Below are positions 61,089-64,000 of a stretch of DNA of 64,000 bases, piece after piece; the first letter of the stretch is position 1, and each line of letters begins with the position of its first letter. The translations under genes and the position numbers were made by a program. Source of the stretch: a virus; IMG/VR virus record IMGVR_UViG_3300033049_000020, positions 32,001 to 96,000 of that record; one strand, 5' to 3'. Below the pieces are notes generated by a model. It saw only the letters and a list, made by a program, of their open reading frames with translations. It was not told where the DNA came from and searched no databases.

Positions 61089-61153
61089 CTCAATGTGGGA
61101 CTTTGATTTACTTTTTCTCCACTTTGCGTATATTTATAATAAAGACTAAATAA

Positions 61154-61933
61154 ATGGCTAAGTGTAAGAATATTGAGTGTAAAAATAATACAGAAGGTAA
61201 ACGAGTTTATTGTTCGTTACAGTGTAGGAACTATTATGTTAACAAATATATTAGGGACTACAATAAAAATAGCAAGGGGCTTGCCAAAGACGCTAAGAAA
61301 GTTTATGAGGACAACCCTAAATATTGCTTAAACCCTAATTGCGGAGAGAAGATAACATATAAGAAAAGAAGGAACCAATATTGTAATAGCTCATGTCAGG
61401 CGTCTGTTACGGGTGTAGGTAGAATTGTTAGCGAAAGTACTAGGGAAAAGCATAGATTAAGTAGGTTAAAACAAATTGGTGATTACAAAAAGGTTGATTG
61501 TAAATGGTGTGGTTCAGAACTATTAGTTATGAATAGAAGACTATATTGTGATTCAGAATGTAGAAGAAAATATAATCGTAAGAATATGGATGAGTTCTTA
61601 ATCTACAAAGCTGACACAAAATTCGGTTTTAATTTGGGTGATTATCCTAAAGAATTTAATTTTGGGCTGATAGAGGAACACGGTTGGTACTCACCAACCA
61701 ATTCAAGAAAGCCTAATATTGGTGGTATAAGTAGAGACCACATGTTATCAGTTAGAGAAGGGTTTAATAGTGGGATAGACCCAAAATTATTGAGTCATCC
61801 AGCCAATTGTAAATTGATGATTCATGGTGATAATATTAGTAAGAATAAGAAATCTAGTATAACAGAAGAAGAATTAAAGGAAAGGATTAAAGAATGGAAT
61901 AAGAAATATGGGGCTATGGTGACAACTGGCTAA
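61154..61933 (+). CDS. Zinc-finger-rich HNH-like endonuclease
   Basis: YCS..C repeats; SRDH..HPANC. Confidence 0.7.
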   Translation: MAKCKNIECKNNTEGKRVYCSLQCRNYYVNKYIRDYNKNSKGLAKDAKKVYEDNPKYCLNPNCGEKITYKKRRNQYCNSSCQASVTGVGRIVSESTREKHRLSRLKQIGDYKKVDCKWCGSELLVMNRRLYCDSECRRKYNRKNMDEFLIYKADTKFGFNLGDYPKEFNFGLIEEHGWYSPTNSRKPNIGGISRDHMLSVREGFNSGIDPKLLSHPANCKLMIHGDNISKNKKSSITEEELKERIKEWNKKYGAMVTTG

Positions 61934-61983
61934 CACGTTGCTTTTGCAAGGCAGAGATGGGGTATCGTACACCCCTAGCTCCA
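61910..61983 (+). tRNA. tRNA-Ala(TGC), atypical T-loop
   Basis: GGGGCTA/TAGCTCC with G3-U70; TT-TGC-AA loop. Confidence 0.8.
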
Positions 61984-62297
61984 CTTATTAACTTAAAAAT
62001 GAAGTAAAATGAGACTTACAGAGAAAAGAGAAATGCTTATGAAATTGGGTGAGAACCTAATGAGTAAAGGTGGTAAGCTAACACTTAACTTCACCAACGG
62101 TAGTATGAGGTATACGGAGCTTATAGCTTCTGAACAGTATCACTATCAAAGTGACAAACGATATGTCGAAATATCGGCTATGGTTCATTTCAGTGAACCA
62201 AACGTCTACAGGGTAATACCTATAGGCACTAATACAATTAGTTTTGTACTGGAAACACTTCTGAGTAACTCCAAGTAACCGCTTGGCATCAGTAATT

Positions 62298-62369
62298 GGT
62301 CTTGAAGCACAATGGCTGTGCAACTCGTTGTCTGCGAGAAAGTTGCGAGTTCGAATCTCGTCAGGACCG
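62298..62369 (+). tRNA. tRNA-Asp(GTC)
   Basis: CTCG-TT-GTC-TG-CGAG; G73. Confidence 0.82.
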
Positions 62370-62398
62370 CCTTTGACAATCTGGAAAGACAGATAAAT

Positions 62399-62481
62399 GG
62401 ATATGGCGCATAACGGCTGGTGTACCTGACTGTCACTCAGGTGTGTGTAACACGTAGTGGGTTCGACTCCCATCATATCTG
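62399..62481 (+). tRNA. tRNA-Asp(GTC), long variable arm
   Basis: CCTGA-CT-GTC-AC-TCAGG; G73. Confidence 0.82.
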
Positions 62482-62517
62482 CCCTTGACTTTTTGGTACT
62501 TAGCCATATTTATATGT

Positions 62518-63159
62518 ATGAGGAAACCAAAAACGATACATTACCTTTACAAGACTACTTGTAAAGTAACAAATAGGTACTATGTAGGGATGCATAGTAC
62601 CAACGACTTAGAAGACGGTTATATGGGTTCTGGAAGAAGGTTACGAGCCTCAATCAGGAAACATGGTGAAGATAACCATACCAAAGAGATATTGGAGTTC
62701 TTTGATGATAGAGGACGACTGATAGAAGCAGAGAAGGAATCTATTACCTTAGACATGATTGATGATAAGGATTGTATGAATCTGATGGGAGGTGGAACAG
62801 GTGGTTTCATCAGCGAAGACCAACAGAGGCATCGTTCAACGATTGCAGTGGAGAAGAGAGAAAAGAAGAGAGAGGACGACCCAGAGTGGGATAAAGAGTA
62901 TAGACAAGCTCAATCCCTATCATTGATGAAGCAATATGAGAGTGGTAAGCGAGTATCCAAGCTCCCAAACTGGGAAGGTAGGAAACATTCAGAAATTACT
63001 AAAGAGAAGATGAGGGAGACTAAGAAGGGACAAGGCTCTGGCGAAACTAACTCTCAATACGGTACTTGTTGGATAACCAAAGATGGTTCCAACAAGAAGA
63101 TTAAGAAACAACTTCTTGATTCATTCCTTACTGAAGGATGGGTTAAAGGTAGAAAATAA
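62518..63159 (+). CDS. Seg-like GIY-YIG/NUMOD3 homing endonuclease
   Basis: Close paralog of 50569..51213. Confidence 0.85.
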   Translation: MRKPKTIHYLYKTTCKVTNRYYVGMHSTNDLEDGYMGSGRRLRASIRKHGEDNHTKEILEFFDDRGRLIEAEKESITLDMIDDKDCMNLMGGGTGGFISEDQQRHRSTIAVEKREKKREDDPEWDKEYRQAQSLSLMKQYESGKRVSKLPNWEGRKHSEITKEKMRETKKGQGSGETNSQYGTCWITKDGSNKKIKKQLLDSFLTEGWVKGRK

Positions 63160-63465
63160 TTTGGATAGGTCGAATATTTTACGTATCTTTTACGTATCTT
63201 TGTAGGATGAAAAGATTTAAGATAGGCGATACGTTCGTCAATAATGTAGACCATAGTAAGGTTAGTTCTAAAGGATATGACCATGCAGTTAACTACCTGC
63301 CATACACTTCAGAACCAGATGAAAGTTTGGAAACTATTGGTAAAACACAAACGGTTATAGATATTGAAGATGGTGATACTATAATCACTGATTTTGTTTT
63401 ATCATCTGGAGAAACGTACTGGTTTGAAAAGGATTCCTCATACGCAGAAAGTTGTAAAAAAATAC

Positions 63466-63576
63466 GAATGTAAGAGCAAGCTGTCGTGAGACGCTGTATT
63501 GGGTTCATTACCCGATAAGTCTACGGTTAAAGGTGGTACCATTGTTAACTTATAGGTGCAATTCCTATTACATTCG
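63466..63576 (+). ncRNA. Expanded tRNA-like RNA
   Basis: GAATGTA/TACATTC; ATAGG-TGCAATT-CCTAT T-like arm. Confidence 0.5.
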
Positions 63577-63579
63577 CTA

Positions 63580-63661
63580 AGGTTGAATACAGCAAACAAA
63601 AATTCCGAGAGATGTGCCCACGGGCACCCTTCCCGACCAAATTCCCGAAAGGGGTCAACCT
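63580..63661 (+). ncRNA. CAGCAA hairpin RNA
   Basis: AGGTTGA/TCAACCT; ATACAGCAA; internal GC hairpins. Confidence 0.6.
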
Positions 63662-63667
63662 ACATTC

Positions 63668-63739
63668 CGTCCTATGGTGTAACGGCTAACATGCTACCCT
63701 GTCACGGTGGCGCTAGGGGTTCGATTCCCCTTGGGACGG
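63668..63739 (+). tRNA. tRNA-Asp(GTC)
   Basis: CTACC-CT-GTC-AC-GGTGG; G73. Confidence 0.88.
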
Positions 63740-64000
63740 CTCTGGAACTTTTGTACCTTAGCTATATGAGGAAACAAAATGATGGTGTTTCAAGTAGAAA
63801 ATAATTTGTAAATGTCAAATAAATTTTGTATCTTTGTATTATGAGTAGATATGAAGTAAGGGTAATATGGTACGAGGGTGCCACTCAAACTGAAATAATC
63901 ACAGGTAACCTAACCATGGGTAATAATTATTATCAGATAGTTGACGAAGATTTTAAGGACTGGTTCTTCCCAATGGGAAGAACCGTAATTCAAGAACTAT

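Noticed and set aside
1-64000. Genome-wide TAG recoding (code 15) suggested by the CUA tRNAs
   Set aside because: Coding density is high in the standard code, long enzyme genes have no internal TAG, and several genes end at TAG at their expected C-termini.

Overview
AT-rich, gene-dense, mostly + strand segment of a very large (jumbo/mega-type) phage. Dozens of TTG-N(18-21)-TAnnTTTG promoters point to a Bacteroidota host, and a second ATATTTA(T) motif precedes head-type genes and endonucleases. The window is a translation/tRNA-maintenance island: about 40 tRNA and tRNA-like genes in three isotype-sorted arrays, tmRNA, ClpP, DnaJ, two Pth2-like proteins, short ArgRS- and LeuRS-like proteins, an EF-Tu domain III protein, a split CCA-adding enzyme, RNA-repair-type enzymes, a DUF2828/vWA (Ro60-like) protein and about 16 GIY-YIG/HNH endonuclease genes or remnants. 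Main finding: each tRNA array begins with promoter, short leader peptide, antiterminator and intrinsic terminator, and the leader codons match the tRNA isotypes of that array (MSIHNWR; LVC; FAED). This suggests ribosome-stalling attenuators that switch on phage tRNAs when the matching host tRNAs fail. Other findings: five tRNAs whose anticodon arm lies 5' of the D-loop motif; HNH cassettes that split a tRNA gene and carry a same-isotype replacement; endonuclease cassettes carrying replacement protein termini; a Pth2 gene with an in-frame TAG next to two CUA-anticodon tRNAs; and a five-copy CAGCAA hairpin RNA family. All calls were made by eye; no database search or folding program was run.
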